From assembly GCF_009914755.1 (NCBI RefSeq), contig NC_060932.1: 64,000 nucleotides of DNA. The stretch is one strand, 5' to 3'. Numbering within the stretch: position 1 is the first letter of the stretch; each line of letters opens with the position of its first letter. A model generated the notes under the pieces. The model saw only the letters and a program-made list of their open reading frames with translations, made no database searches and was not told the DNA's origin. Source of the DNA: the human T2T-CHM13v2.0 reference genome, Homo sapiens. Shown piece after piece: positions 44,979 to 59,080 of this stretch. Both the position numbers and the translations under genes were made by a program.

Positions 44979-46370
44979 GGTCTAAATCAGGTGGTCCCCA
45001 GACCAGACTTTGAAAAACATAGCTCTACTTTCAGGATACATTTTAATCTTTTTTGTTTGTTTGTGAACACTAGCTGACTTTGCTCTCCTGGGAGCTAGTT
45101 GAAACATTTTGCACAGGCACCATTTCTGAGCAGGGTGTCACTAACCCACTGCAGTGTGATTCCTACTTAGAAGCAGTGCCTTAGAAATCTCAGTTCCATT
45201 ACATAAGGTACCTGGTACTTGCTGATTAGGAAGATTAACAGAGGTAAACAGCGGCTTTTAATCTTTTCTAGACTTTCAGGCTCCTATAAACCCAGAACAA
45301 CTCTCCTGTCAAAATAGAGATAAAGAAGCTTAACTGATGCACAATTCTATTTCTAATATTTCTGTGGCTTTTACAACTCACTGTAGGATCTGGTTTTTGA
45401 GTACCTGTTCTGTAAGATTTGTAGCTACTGTATTTCCATGTGGAGAGTAAGAAATTTCTAACATTGCCAGCCTATGATACATATAGCCATATGAAAAGTG
45501 GGAGGGCATCATTGCAATGGAAAAACCAATACCAAACTGATTGTAATCCCTGTTTAGGATTTGTGGAATACCTTTATATCTGTAATTACTGTTATGCTTT
45601 TTTTGGGTAGAAAATAAATCACACAAGTATGCAGGAGAAATGTATTTAATTGCTTTTTTCACAGTCAATGCAACTATGTCTCACACTATTTCCCCAGTTA
45701 ATTTTCTACTCTAATCAAATGATTGTCTACTGGGTCCCCAAATACTTAATTTTTATCTATACTTTACATTTTTTCTCTGCCTTCTTAAATTTGACTTGTT
45801 CAAAGTGCAGCTCATTCTACAACCAGGACATAACTTCCACTGCATTTTTCCATTAAAATTTAGAAAGTGGTGTTTGTCTTTTTTTTTTTTTTTTTTTGAA
45901 GAAGTATTCTACAGGAAGAATTTTGATAGCAGGATATCATACACACTTCTGTTTAGAATTAAAAATAGTTATGTGGTAGGTATAGAAGATTCTGCCATAG
46001 ATATGCAGAACTGAATGCAAACTGTCTTTTTAATCCGCAAATGAATTTAGTAATATATATTACAAGCCCTAAAATATCTATGACCTTTATGTAAATAATT
46101 CTGCCTCTAAAAGTTTGTATTAAAAATGGTCATGGGGCCATCAACATTTTAATTGTAAGGCTCTTCACATAAAGTGGTATTTTAATAGAAAGCAATTGAA
46201 AGCATCTAAATATTCAACATGAGAAAATATTTAATGATTATATGACTTGTACAATTATAAATTGAATATCTGACTGCTTGACAAATACTTTCCCTATAAT
46301 GTTAAAAAATCTGAGATAGAAAGTTGTAAATATAACTTAGCCTAATTCTGTAAAAAGTACATACATGCTG

Positions 46371-46606
46371 GGCTGGGTGTGGTGGCTCACACCTGTAATT
46401 CCGGCACTGTGGGAGGCCAAGGCAGGCAGATAATCTGAGGTCAGGAGTTCAAGACCAGCCTGACCAAAATGGTGAAACCCCATGTCTACTAAAAATACAA
46501 AAATTAGCCCGGTGTGGTGGTGCAGTGAGCTGAGATCGTGCCATTTTACTCCAGCTTGGGCAACAGGAATGAAACTCCATCTCAAAAAAAAAAAAAAAAA
46601 AAAAAA
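46371..46606 (+). mobile_element. Alu with a large right-arm internal deletion
   Basis: aattagcccggtgtggtgg|tgca|gtgagctgagatcg junction; TSD-like gtacatacatgc/gtacctacatgc. Confidence 0.9.
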
Positions 46607-47306
46607 GGTACCTACATGCCTGACACTGTGTTTGGAGTAATTTTGATGAACAACAGATAAAATTATCATGAAGAAAAATCTTATGGAGAAAGGGTTGTTG
46701 TATACTTTAGAAATGGATTTCAAGTCTATGCTATCTGATGCAGTGATTTTTAAAATCAATTTCATTGAAATATAGTTTGCATATAATAAACCATATTCAT
46801 TTAAAGCATACAATTTTATGAGTTACATCTGGGAAATTACCACCACAGTCATGCTACAGATTATGTGTATCACCCCTTAAATTTTCCTTGTGCCTCTTTG
46901 AAATCAATCTCTCTTCCCCAAGATTGACTGATTTTTTTCTGGGCATAGATATAATAGTATTACATTTTTTTAGACACTTATATAAATAGAATCACATAGA
47001 ATGTATATTTATCATGTTGTAGTATGTGTCAGTAGCTTTTTTGCACTTTTATTGCCAAGTGGTATTCTACTGTATGGATATACCATAATATATTTATTCA
47101 CTGTTGATAGAATTTTAGGTCTTCCCCAGTTTAGCAGCAGTATGAATAAGCTGCTCTATGTAAATACTTATGTACATAGGTTTTCCTTTCTCTTAGGGAA
47201 ATGCCTGTAGGAGAAATGGTTGGGTTGTAATGTAGTTGTAGGTTTAATTTTTAAAAAATCAACTTCTAAACTGTTATTCAAAGTGGCTGTGTAATTTAAC
47301 ATTTTA

Positions 47307-47675
<369 letters not shown>

Positions 47676-49792
47676 TAAGCCTTTTTTCATTTTGGCCATT
47701 TTTGTCACTTGTTATTTGTGAAATACTGATTTAGGTATGTCTCTCCTGTGTGTGTGGTAGTGCAGCATTGTCATTTGGACTTTGTGTATTTTTTGATGAA
47801 TGATATTAAGTATAATTGTATGTACTTATGATTATTTGCCTCTGTTTTTTCATGAAATCACCATTCAAATCTTTTTTCCTTTTAATTGGGTGGTTTACCT
47901 TCTAGTATTTGAGTTGTAAAAGTTCTCCATATATTCTAGCTACAAAATCTTTGTAGATGTGTGTATCGCAAATGCATCTTCTCTGAGACAGTGGCTTGTC
48001 TTTAAGTTTTCTTAACAAGTCTTTGAAAGAATAGCCACTTTTAATATTGAGAAATTTCATTTTTCCATGTTTATTTTCTTTTACGGCTTGTGCTTTTTGC
48101 TTCCTATCTATGAAAACTCTGCAAAGTTTTTCCTTTATAATTTATTCTAGAAGTTTTACAGTTCTGCCTTCCATAGTCAGGTCCATGGTCTATTTTAAGT
48201 GAATTTTTGTGTGTGGTGTTAGGTAGTGGTTGATCAACGTTTTTCATACAAATATCCAAATTTATAGCACCATTTGTTGAAAAAAGTGATTTTATCTCTC
48301 CCCTTTTGATGGTCTTAACACCTTTGTTGAAAATCAATTGACTTCATATGTGTGGCTTTATTTCTAGACCTTTTTCTCTTCCATTTACACCCACCTCCCA
48401 ACACACGTACACACACACATATAAGCATACTTATATGTCTATTACTTCATATTAATTCCTATACATGTATAGTAAGCCTTGAAATCTCATAGTATCTGTT
48501 AATTTTTAAAATTATTTTGGTTATTTTAGATCATCTACATTTCCAGATAAATTTTAGAATAAGCTTCAATTTCTACAAATACGAAACCTGCAAATTTTGT
48601 GGGGGTTATACCAAAGCTATAGATCAATTTGTGGAAGATTGGCTCTTCAACAATACTGAGTCTTCCAATATAATATATATTTTTCTAATTATTTAGGTCT
48701 TCTTTAATTTTTCCCAGCAATATTTTATAGTTTTCTGAGCAAAAGTTACATTTTTTGTTGTATTTGTTTCTAAGTATGTTTTTATTTTGATGCTATTGAA
48801 ATAGAACACATTTTATATCACTTTTCAATTTTTTTGTTATTACAATATGTATATATAAATACAGCTATTTAAAAAATAAACTTACAGGTTGACCCTGCTA
48901 AATATACTTATTAATTCTTCATGATTCCTGGGATTTTTTTATATACACAGTTGTGTCAAGTGCAAACATACATTTTTGTTTATTTCGTTTCAAACTCTAT
49001 AATCTTATCTTACCTTAAATACTTACTTAAAAAAAATTTGCCTATTGCACTAATTAAGATTTCCAGTAAATGTTGCATAATAGTAGTATGATAGAGCATT
49101 TTTATCTTTTCCACAATTTTAGGGAGAAAGTACTTAATATTTTTTCATTAAGTGTAACATTTGCTTTGGGTTTATTATAGATGCCCTTTATCAGACTGAG
49201 AAAACTCCCCCCATACTTAATTTCCAGAGTTTTTAATCAATAAATATGGTTGATTTTGTAAATGCTTTATCCAGATCTATTAAATTTATCATAAGCTGCT
49301 GTAGACTTAATGTTTATTGTCCCACAAAATTGTAAAGATAACTTTATATGTTGTGAGGAACCCTTAATTGGTCATGGTATATTGTTCTTTTTATATGTTG
49401 TTGAATTTGAGTCACTGATACTTTGTTAAGGATTTTTACATGTATTTTTATCAAGAATATTGGGCTGTCCTTTTCTTTTGCCATGCCTTTACATGTTCTT
49501 GTATTACTATTTGGTATCTGGCCTCACAGTGTTTCTTTTTCCTGTATTTTTTGAAGAAAATTGTGGAAGATCAGCATTGTGCATTTCTTAAATTCACCAG
49601 TGAAACAATTTGACCCTAGTATTTTCCTTTGGGAAAAGTATTTTATATAGAATACAATTCTTAAATAGAGATAAAGCTCTTCATATTTTTATTAAATATC
49701 AATTTTGGTAAATTGTGTACATTAAAGAATTTACTAATTTCCTCTAGATTGCTAACATTGTTGGTAAAAAGTTCTTCATAATGATTTGTTAG

Positions 49793-50501
<709 letters not shown>

Positions 50502-50513
50502 TAAGGTTTTTAA

Positions 50514-50868
<355 letters not shown>

Positions 50869-52517
50869 AATTTTGTATATTTTATATCTGCTTTTTATTT
50901 TGTTGTTTTCTGCTCTTTTCTTTATCATTGCTTTCCTCTACTTTGAATTTATTTTGCTCTTCTTTGCTAGCTTCAAAACTTCTTCTAACCTAAAGTCTCT
51001 GACTTAAAATCGCCTTACTTCCTATATAAGAATTTATAACTACTATCTCTAAGCACTGTTTTAGCTGCATTCCACAAATTTTGATATTTGTATTTGGATT
51101 CTTATCCTGTTTTTAATATCATATTGTAGTTTGTTTTCTGACCCAGGAAATCTTTGAAATTATTTGCTCAATTTGAAAAAAAAAGAGTTTTCTCAAATAT
51201 CTAATATCTACTAATGTTTAACTTATTTCTGTTATTGATTGAACATCTTTTACATTTATTTGAACTGGTTTTGTGTCCAGGATATGGTCCATTTTAGTGA
51301 ACTTATCCTATACAATTGAAAAGAATTTCTAATTTGAAATTGTAGGGTACAGGGCATCATTAATTAGGTGGTTGAGAAGGTTGTTGAGATTATGTGTTTC
51401 TTTACTAATTTTTTGTTGATTTTTTGCAAAGACATAAGTGTTAAAATGTACTATATTTTGATTTAAATTTTTTTTGGATAACTGCCACATTTTGCTTGAT
51501 TTTTTTGAGCTCTATTATTTCATACATACATACTTATAACTCTCAAGTCTGCCAAGTGAATTGACCCTTTAATCATTATGAAATATCTCTCTTCATCTCT
51601 GGTAATACTTCTTGCCTGGAGATGCCACTCCAGTTTTCTTAGGATAAGTACTTGCATCGTATGTCTTTATCCATCCATTTAGCACAGCCATGTCTATATT
51701 TAAAATATGTCTCTTGTTAACAGCATATCGATATGTCTTTATTATCCATTTTGGAAATATCTGACTTTTAATCATAATGTTCATTCCAATAATATTTAAT
51801 ATAATTATTTGTATGAGTATATTTAGGCCTTTCAATTTAACATTTGTTTTCTCTTTGCTCATCTACTGTTTTGCTTTGATTTGATGTTGCTGTTCTTCTG
51901 GTCCCCTTTCTTGACTTCTTTTGAATTATTTGAAAGATTTTTAAAAGCCTAGATTAATTTACCTTTTGGATTATTAATAATATTGATAGATATATTAATA
52001 TATTAATAAAATGTATTCCTTATTTTTAGAAGTCAACCTTCCCCTGTGTAATTCCAGTCAATATTGTACCACTTCACAAAAAATCATGCGATCTTCCAAT
52101 CAAATATGTCCATTTACCTATACCCACTTTACTTTGTGCTGTAGTGTGCATTTCTTTTGCTTTTAGTTGAAGTTGTTAGTGTCTGTTCCTCGAAAACATG
52201 TTGTAGAGATCAACCAGGGACTGGGGCAGAATTTACATGCGAAACATGGGACTCCCTTTCTCTAGTCCTTCATTTTATAGGATTATCCCCTCACTTCCTG
52301 GCATGTTTTGCTGTGCCAGGAGGTATATATTCTACTGACTAAGAACTTCAGCCTTTTTGTGCCATATTTCTACCGTGGTTCATTGATGTTGTAACTTTGA
52401 GCTAATAACTAAATAAGAATGACACTGTCATATGAAGGCCCAGGGAAGAGCAAACAACAAATGAAAGAACACGTGAAAAAGGCCTAATTGAAAACTGAGT
52501 TAAGAAACCCCTGTCCC

Positions 52518-52865
<348 letters not shown>

Positions 52866-52960
52866 TTATACACAGACACACATTTCCCTTATCATTAAAG
52901 ATGATAAGGGAAACACAACAAAGTATCTCTTAGTGGTAATTACAGGTCATTTTAATTTCA

Positions 52961-53249
52961 ATTTTTTTTTTTTTTTTTTGAGATGGAGTCTTGCACTGTT
53001 GCCCTGGCTGGAGTACAATGGCACAATGCAACCTCCACCTCCCGGGTTCAAACCATTCTCCTGGCTCAGCCTCCTGAGTAGCTGGGATTTCAGGCTCCCA
53101 CCACCACACCCAGCAATTTTTTTTTGTATTTTTAGTAGAGATGGGGTTTCACTATTTTGGCCAGGCTGGCCTCAAACTCCTGACCTCATGATCCACCTGC
53201 CTTGGCCTCTCAGAGTGCTAGGATTACAGGTGAGCCACCACACCCGGCC
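52961..53249 (-). mobile_element. Alu (AluS)
   Basis: Reverse dimer with a short deletion; TSD ttaatttc. Confidence 0.93.
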
Positions 53250-54348
53250 TTAATTTCTATTTTATATGCACTTTAATGTTTAAGCATTTTATTTCAAGTC
53301 CAAAAAGAATTAAAAATGAAAAAGCAATTCGACTTTATACGATGGTGTAGGAAATATTCCTTAAATATTCCTATCCTCAGACCAAACGCATCTCAAGATA
53401 TCAGACACTCCTTTATAAAATAGTGTTTCAGGTGGTGAATGTGTTCAAAGTACAGATAGGTTAAGAATAGAAGAAATTTTAGGCTGAAGAAGAGAAGATG
53501 AAACAAGAATCAGTCTTCAAACTCCTGTAGCCTATCATTTTGAAGAGGGGGTGGCCTTATGTTACTTGCTTCACAGAGCCAGTAAGTTTAACATTAAAAA
53601 CAGATTTGAAGCTCCTTAAGTTCCAATCTCATTCTGAGATTCAATGGTTTTAATCAGCTGAAGATGCCAGAAGAATATACACAATACAGATGGGGAAAAG
53701 AGTTTAGCCTACACAAATGTTAGTATTACACCAACTCATTCTCATCTACCTTTGCCTCCCTTCTCATGTCACTGTCATCATTGTATCATGTAAGTTCAAG
53801 TACTATTTACATCTATCCATGGCTTCATTTGCCATCTCTACCATAATGATTGAATCACAAAATCTCTCAAACATTCTCATTCCAGTCCTCCCATATCTAA
53901 CTCTGCTGTTGGTCTCACAAATTAAGCTTTCGAATCCTCGTGCTTAGATTTAGATATTGTCCTTACATACTTTTCCTACTGCCAACTTTTACATAAATTA
54001 TCTTTCTAAAGCACAAACCTCATTACTTAATTATATTTCTTCATATTATTAGGTAGTTTACCAATATCCAGAACTGCTATTTGCAAACTTATTGATTTTA
54101 GGTTAATAGGTGACAAATGTTTAGCACAAATAGCACTTACTTTAAGTAGTTAACAGATGTCAACTATCATATACATCAATAATTTCCAGACCTCCCTCAT
54201 TTTACTGACCAGTCATTGTTTCTATTCATTGAGAAAATAAGTATTGATAAAATAAAAATGAAAGCAACGATGGATTATTTAATAAATCTGCACTAAACCC
54301 AGAGGCATCTACACATATTTGAGAAATAGTGAAACAGATATGTGTGTG

Positions 54349-54715
54349 TGTTATGGTCTATATACTTGTGTTCCCTCAAAATTCATATGTTGAAACCTAA
54401 TCACCAACATGTTCTGGTATTAGGAAGTGGGATCTTCTGATGGGTGATTATGTCAAATGGTGGATCCCCCTTGGAGCCCTTTGATAAGGGATAAGTTCCC
54501 TTATGAAAGAGGGCCAAGAGAGCTTGCTCACCCCTTTCCCCATATACAGCAAGAAGGCACCATCTATGGGAAGTGAACCCTCACAAGACACTGAATCTTC
54601 TGGAGCCTTGATCTTGGACTTCCCAGCCTCTAGAACAGTGAGGAATAAATTTCAGTTGCTGAGAAACTACCCAGTCTATGGCATTTTTTTGTAACAGCCC
54701 AAATGGGTTATAACA
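54349..54715 (+). mobile_element. MLT1A-family MaLR solo LTR
   Basis: tgttatgg...caaaattcatatgttgaaacctaatc...ttgatcttggacttcccagcctctagaacagtgaggaataaattt...taaca. Confidence 0.88.
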
Positions 54716-57700
54716 TTATGCAACAGTTTATGGACAATTCTTAGTGCACCTATGTAGTAAGTTTGTGTTCACCCCCTACCCTTACACTACCCTACAGTCA
54801 AATAAAAGACTCATTAGAGATTAGAGCCACAATTTCTTAATATGTTTTCATAATCTCTACCCAATGAAGCCATCATCTTTCACTTTATCTCTAACCCTAT
54901 TCACTTCCCCTAATATAGAATCTGAAGTTGCTTATATATCACTGACTTTTCTTTTTCCCCTTTCATCTAAGATCTCACTGAATTTATGCTTTATGAAACA
55001 TATCATATTATAGATTTATATGTATTGATTTATTTTCCTTTCTCGCTGTGCTGTGAAATACACTAGGGCAAGATTATGGCTTTTATAATGCCAAATCTTA
55101 ACCCATTATTTCCTGACACATTTATCACTTTGTCCACATGGCTGTTTTCCAAACAGGAATTGTCACAGTCAAACATACATGCTGTGAAAAAATTATTTAA
55201 GCAAGTATTAGAGTAATTAAAATAGTCTCAATTTTATTTTTTTAGTTGAACAATCTCTAATGCTCATGTGAAACCCTCATTTCTTTTAGGTGCTGAAGAA
55301 AAAACTAACGTTTAATTTCATAACTACAGTACATGTTTGGTGACATGTTCACATGTCACTAAGTAAATTTTTGGGATCTTCTTGCCAATATCTGTGTCCA
55401 ATATGACTTGTTATGGGACTGATTACAATTTTGCTTTTTGCTAAAAATGGGCACTTGCCTTGATTCTACTTTCAGCTGAAAGCAAACCATTGCTGGCGAA
55501 AAAAAAAAAATGCCTCTGGTGACTCTCAGAGATAAAATGTATTGAATAATTTATGGTTTTAGTTAAATCCCTATCATTTATTTTTCATTACAAAATGACC
55601 ACATATAATTTGACATGTTTGTGCAACATAATTAATAGCACCTGCTCTAGAAAGTTCGGCAAAGCAGAGTATACATGGATCTCAGTGTCAGCCATGCAGA
55701 GCATAAACTCAAAACATTGAATGTCTCCATGGAAAAAGCAGATGAAGACTGATATTATATTGGAAGCATAATTTCACCCTGGAGTTTTACAGTGAGTCAC
55801 CAAAATCTCATCACAGGAATGACTGTACTTTGAAATCACTGGTGGAGATGCCTTTAATCATTGACTGAGCTGTTACCTTAAGGAAACAACATACAGCTGA
55901 TATACTTTGAACATCTTCTTTGAGTAAAGCACTGAGAGCAATCTATAGAAAAGAGGATAATACAAGTGTTCAAAACCAGTGCAAGAAATAGGCTCTGACC
56001 CCATGGGACTTTCAATCAAGTAATCTCTGTACCCACTAGCTTTACTCCCTCACTTGTCATTTGCTCTTCAGTATTTACTCTCCAGTTTTGGCCCCTGCGT
56101 GATGGTGGACTCCACTACTTGCCAATCTTCATATAAATTCTGCCCTTTTCCCAGAACTTTAGTTTTTAATCTGGCTTACCACCCAGGAAAAAGTTGCGTT
56201 CCCAAGAATGTTTGAGGACAGGAATCGTTAAGAGAGTCCTTACAATTTTATATGCATTTTCTTTCTCAAGAGTGGCTGGTGATTTAGGTAGGTATATTGG
56301 GGAGGATTGTAGCTTTTATAAGGTAAGATGGGTGATGGACCTGGTGATTTGATATAAAAAACACCTCTGAAATGGCACCCTTACCTAAAATTCACTTTGT
56401 GCCTTCCAGCCATTTTGTCACAGTGCCTGTCAATGTTACAGCTATTGATCCATTCCATTGAATATGTTAATAAAAAGTATGTACTTGTCTAAATTCAAAT
56501 AAATATGGGTTTACTATTTTTAACTTTTATCAGAATAATGTACAATCTTCTATTAACAGAATGAAATAAACAAAGGAAAATTAGAGATATTTTGAGCATT
56601 AACCCCACAGAGCCGACGAAGAAAATAAGATCAAAATATTCTATAATTCTCATCCTGACTTGGAAATGTAAGGTCTCAGGTTGGTCATGCACTGAGGAAA
56701 AACAAATCTAAAATTAAAATCAAATTATATTTATTTCCAAACATAAAAATAGCTTTCTATACATATGTTTTGGGAAATAGAGGTATTAATAGCAATCATA
56801 CAGAAGAATCAATAGAGTTCTCAAAGGAATAATATTTTAGCCTGAGAATCCAGAGTCCAAGGAAGGAATGGCTACTGAGGAATCTACTTTCACTGCAATC
56901 CTTTAGTAGGGTAAGCCTTCTATCAGGGTACCAGAGAAAGCCTTTCCTATTTTTGAAGTTGGATTCCTTTTTATCATTTATTTATTTAAAAAAGGAAATA
57001 GCGAAGATGTGTTATGCTAATAATATTAGGGGCTAAAGATTATATTCTTGAGTTTAATAAGACTATGTTTATTGACCCACTACTATGAGGATAAGGCTTA
57101 CACTTGAAACAATGTGTGATTAGCAAAAGATGATTCATAATTATCAGCCAAATGGGCTGCTTTCAGGCAAATATAGGATTGGCTCAAACCAGGCTACCGT
57201 CTGCAAATATTTTAGACTTGTTTAATTCAGGGTATATATATTTTTCCTTCATCTAATCCATCTCTTTCATGTTCTTCTAAAGGTTTAACAGGCATCTCTA
57301 ACCCTTTGTGGTTTTCACTAAAATATACTTTACTCTCAATAATATCAACATTCATATTTTTATTCTGGAAAAATTAAAAAAAAGGTCATCTGCAAGTTAC
57401 AGAATTCAGTCTGAGAAGAGGACTTAGAGCACATTGGTGTTCTGAATTAAAAATCTATAAAAACAATTACCATGAATTCCTTTGGAAGTCTGAATAAAAC
57501 CATGAGCTCTCTTGTTCTGAAAAATATATGTATCCTTGTATATAGGTATAAGCATGCACACACATATCCATCTGATACAAATACTTTGTTCACAAATTCC
57601 CTGAAGCCTATCTATGAATCCCCTGGGTTGCTAGACTCTGAGGGAACAATACTAGTTCTAGGGACTTTATAGCATCTCTGTCTTTCACTACTGTCTTTAT

Positions 57701-58554
57701 GTCTGGATAGTGTGTCCGAATCAACCTGTTCTCTTTTATTTCTGCAACTTAAAATCTAAAATCTAAAGAACTTTAAAGTTCTTAGAAATTAAACTTGATT
57801 TTCCCTGTTGTTAGAAAACCTAGTTTTCCTTTGTTGACATTGTTGCTGTAATGTTGTGGGGATTTTTTTTCTTTAATTTTTAGATTTTCTTTTAGTTTTT
57901 ACAGCTATGGCATAGTAATTGCTGTAACTGGTAATTTGTTTTGAATAAACTTATTTTGGAGAAAAAAGCATCGAGTATATTAAATTAGAAAAATAAATTC
58001 TAAAATGAGAATCAATTTCTAACTTCTGGAATTTGGTAATTGAGGGAAGTAATATGTTACAAAGGAATGATCACAGGAAAGAAAATCAGGAAATCAAATT
58101 TTTATTCTTAGTTATACTTCCACCCACTAGCCAAGTCTGTCTAGAATCGTGAGGGGTATGAAACATTTTTTCATTTTCTTTATTCCTCTTTTTCATTCTT
58201 TCTTCCTTTCAAATTGTTTTTTCTTTTTTGGTTCAGACGACAGTAGTAGTCCTTCAATATAATATGATGCAGAAGCCCAGCATCTCAGGTAAAAGTGGAA
58301 TTTTATTATTATGACCTTACTTTGCATGTGCTGCCTCAATCACGATCTCAGAACATCGATTTCACTAACAGAAATATTTGGAATAGAGAATTATGGAAGG
58401 CTTTGTAGCTTTATTTACTCTTAGGAGCAACGCCCTTTGAATAAAATGTTAGCAGATTTCCTGAAGCACTTGGTACACCCATTATAAAGGAATGTTCAAT
58501 TTGTCAAGCTTTTTGTACAATAGTAAGAAAATAACTACTAAATAAAATAGATCT

Positions 58555-58670
58555 GACTTCCAGACATGGCCCTGACATTTGTAAGCCATGTGACGCTGGA
58601 CAAGTTATTTAAACTTCCAAATTCTTCCTTTTGTACCCTTAAAATGAAGAAAATAATACTACTTTCTAAA
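58555..58670 (+). mobile_element. MIR fragment
   Basis: gccatgtgacgctggacaagttatttaaactt...taaaatgaagaaaataatactac. Confidence 0.6.
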
Positions 58671-59031
58671 ATAAGTTAAACAAATGTTCAAAATGGTCAG
58701 ATTAGTATTTAACACACAATAGACAAGCAAAAATTAACACTTCTATTTCTCCCTGAGGTAGTCATTTATACTCTGTACCTTTAAATTTTACAATATGTAA
58801 AATCAATGTCATAGACTAAGTCATCTAAACAAGCTCAAAATTCTGCAACAAATAAACTCAACAGCTAATTTGGGCTTCTGTACCTAGCTTGCATTGTTCA
58901 TGGTAGGCTACTTCCTTTAACACGCTGATATCACTAGAGACACAGAACAGATCAAGTTCCCATGCATTTTATCAGAGTCTGTAGTGGCAGGAAGAACTGG
59001 AGAAACTGATACTAAAAAGGGGACAAGCTTC

Positions 59032-59080
59032 AGGTCCTTTAAATATCTACATAAAGGTCCTTTAAATATCTACATAAAGG
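59032..59080. repeat. Perfect 23-bp tandem duplication
   Basis: (aggtcctttaaatatctacataa)x2 followed by agg. Confidence 0.95.
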
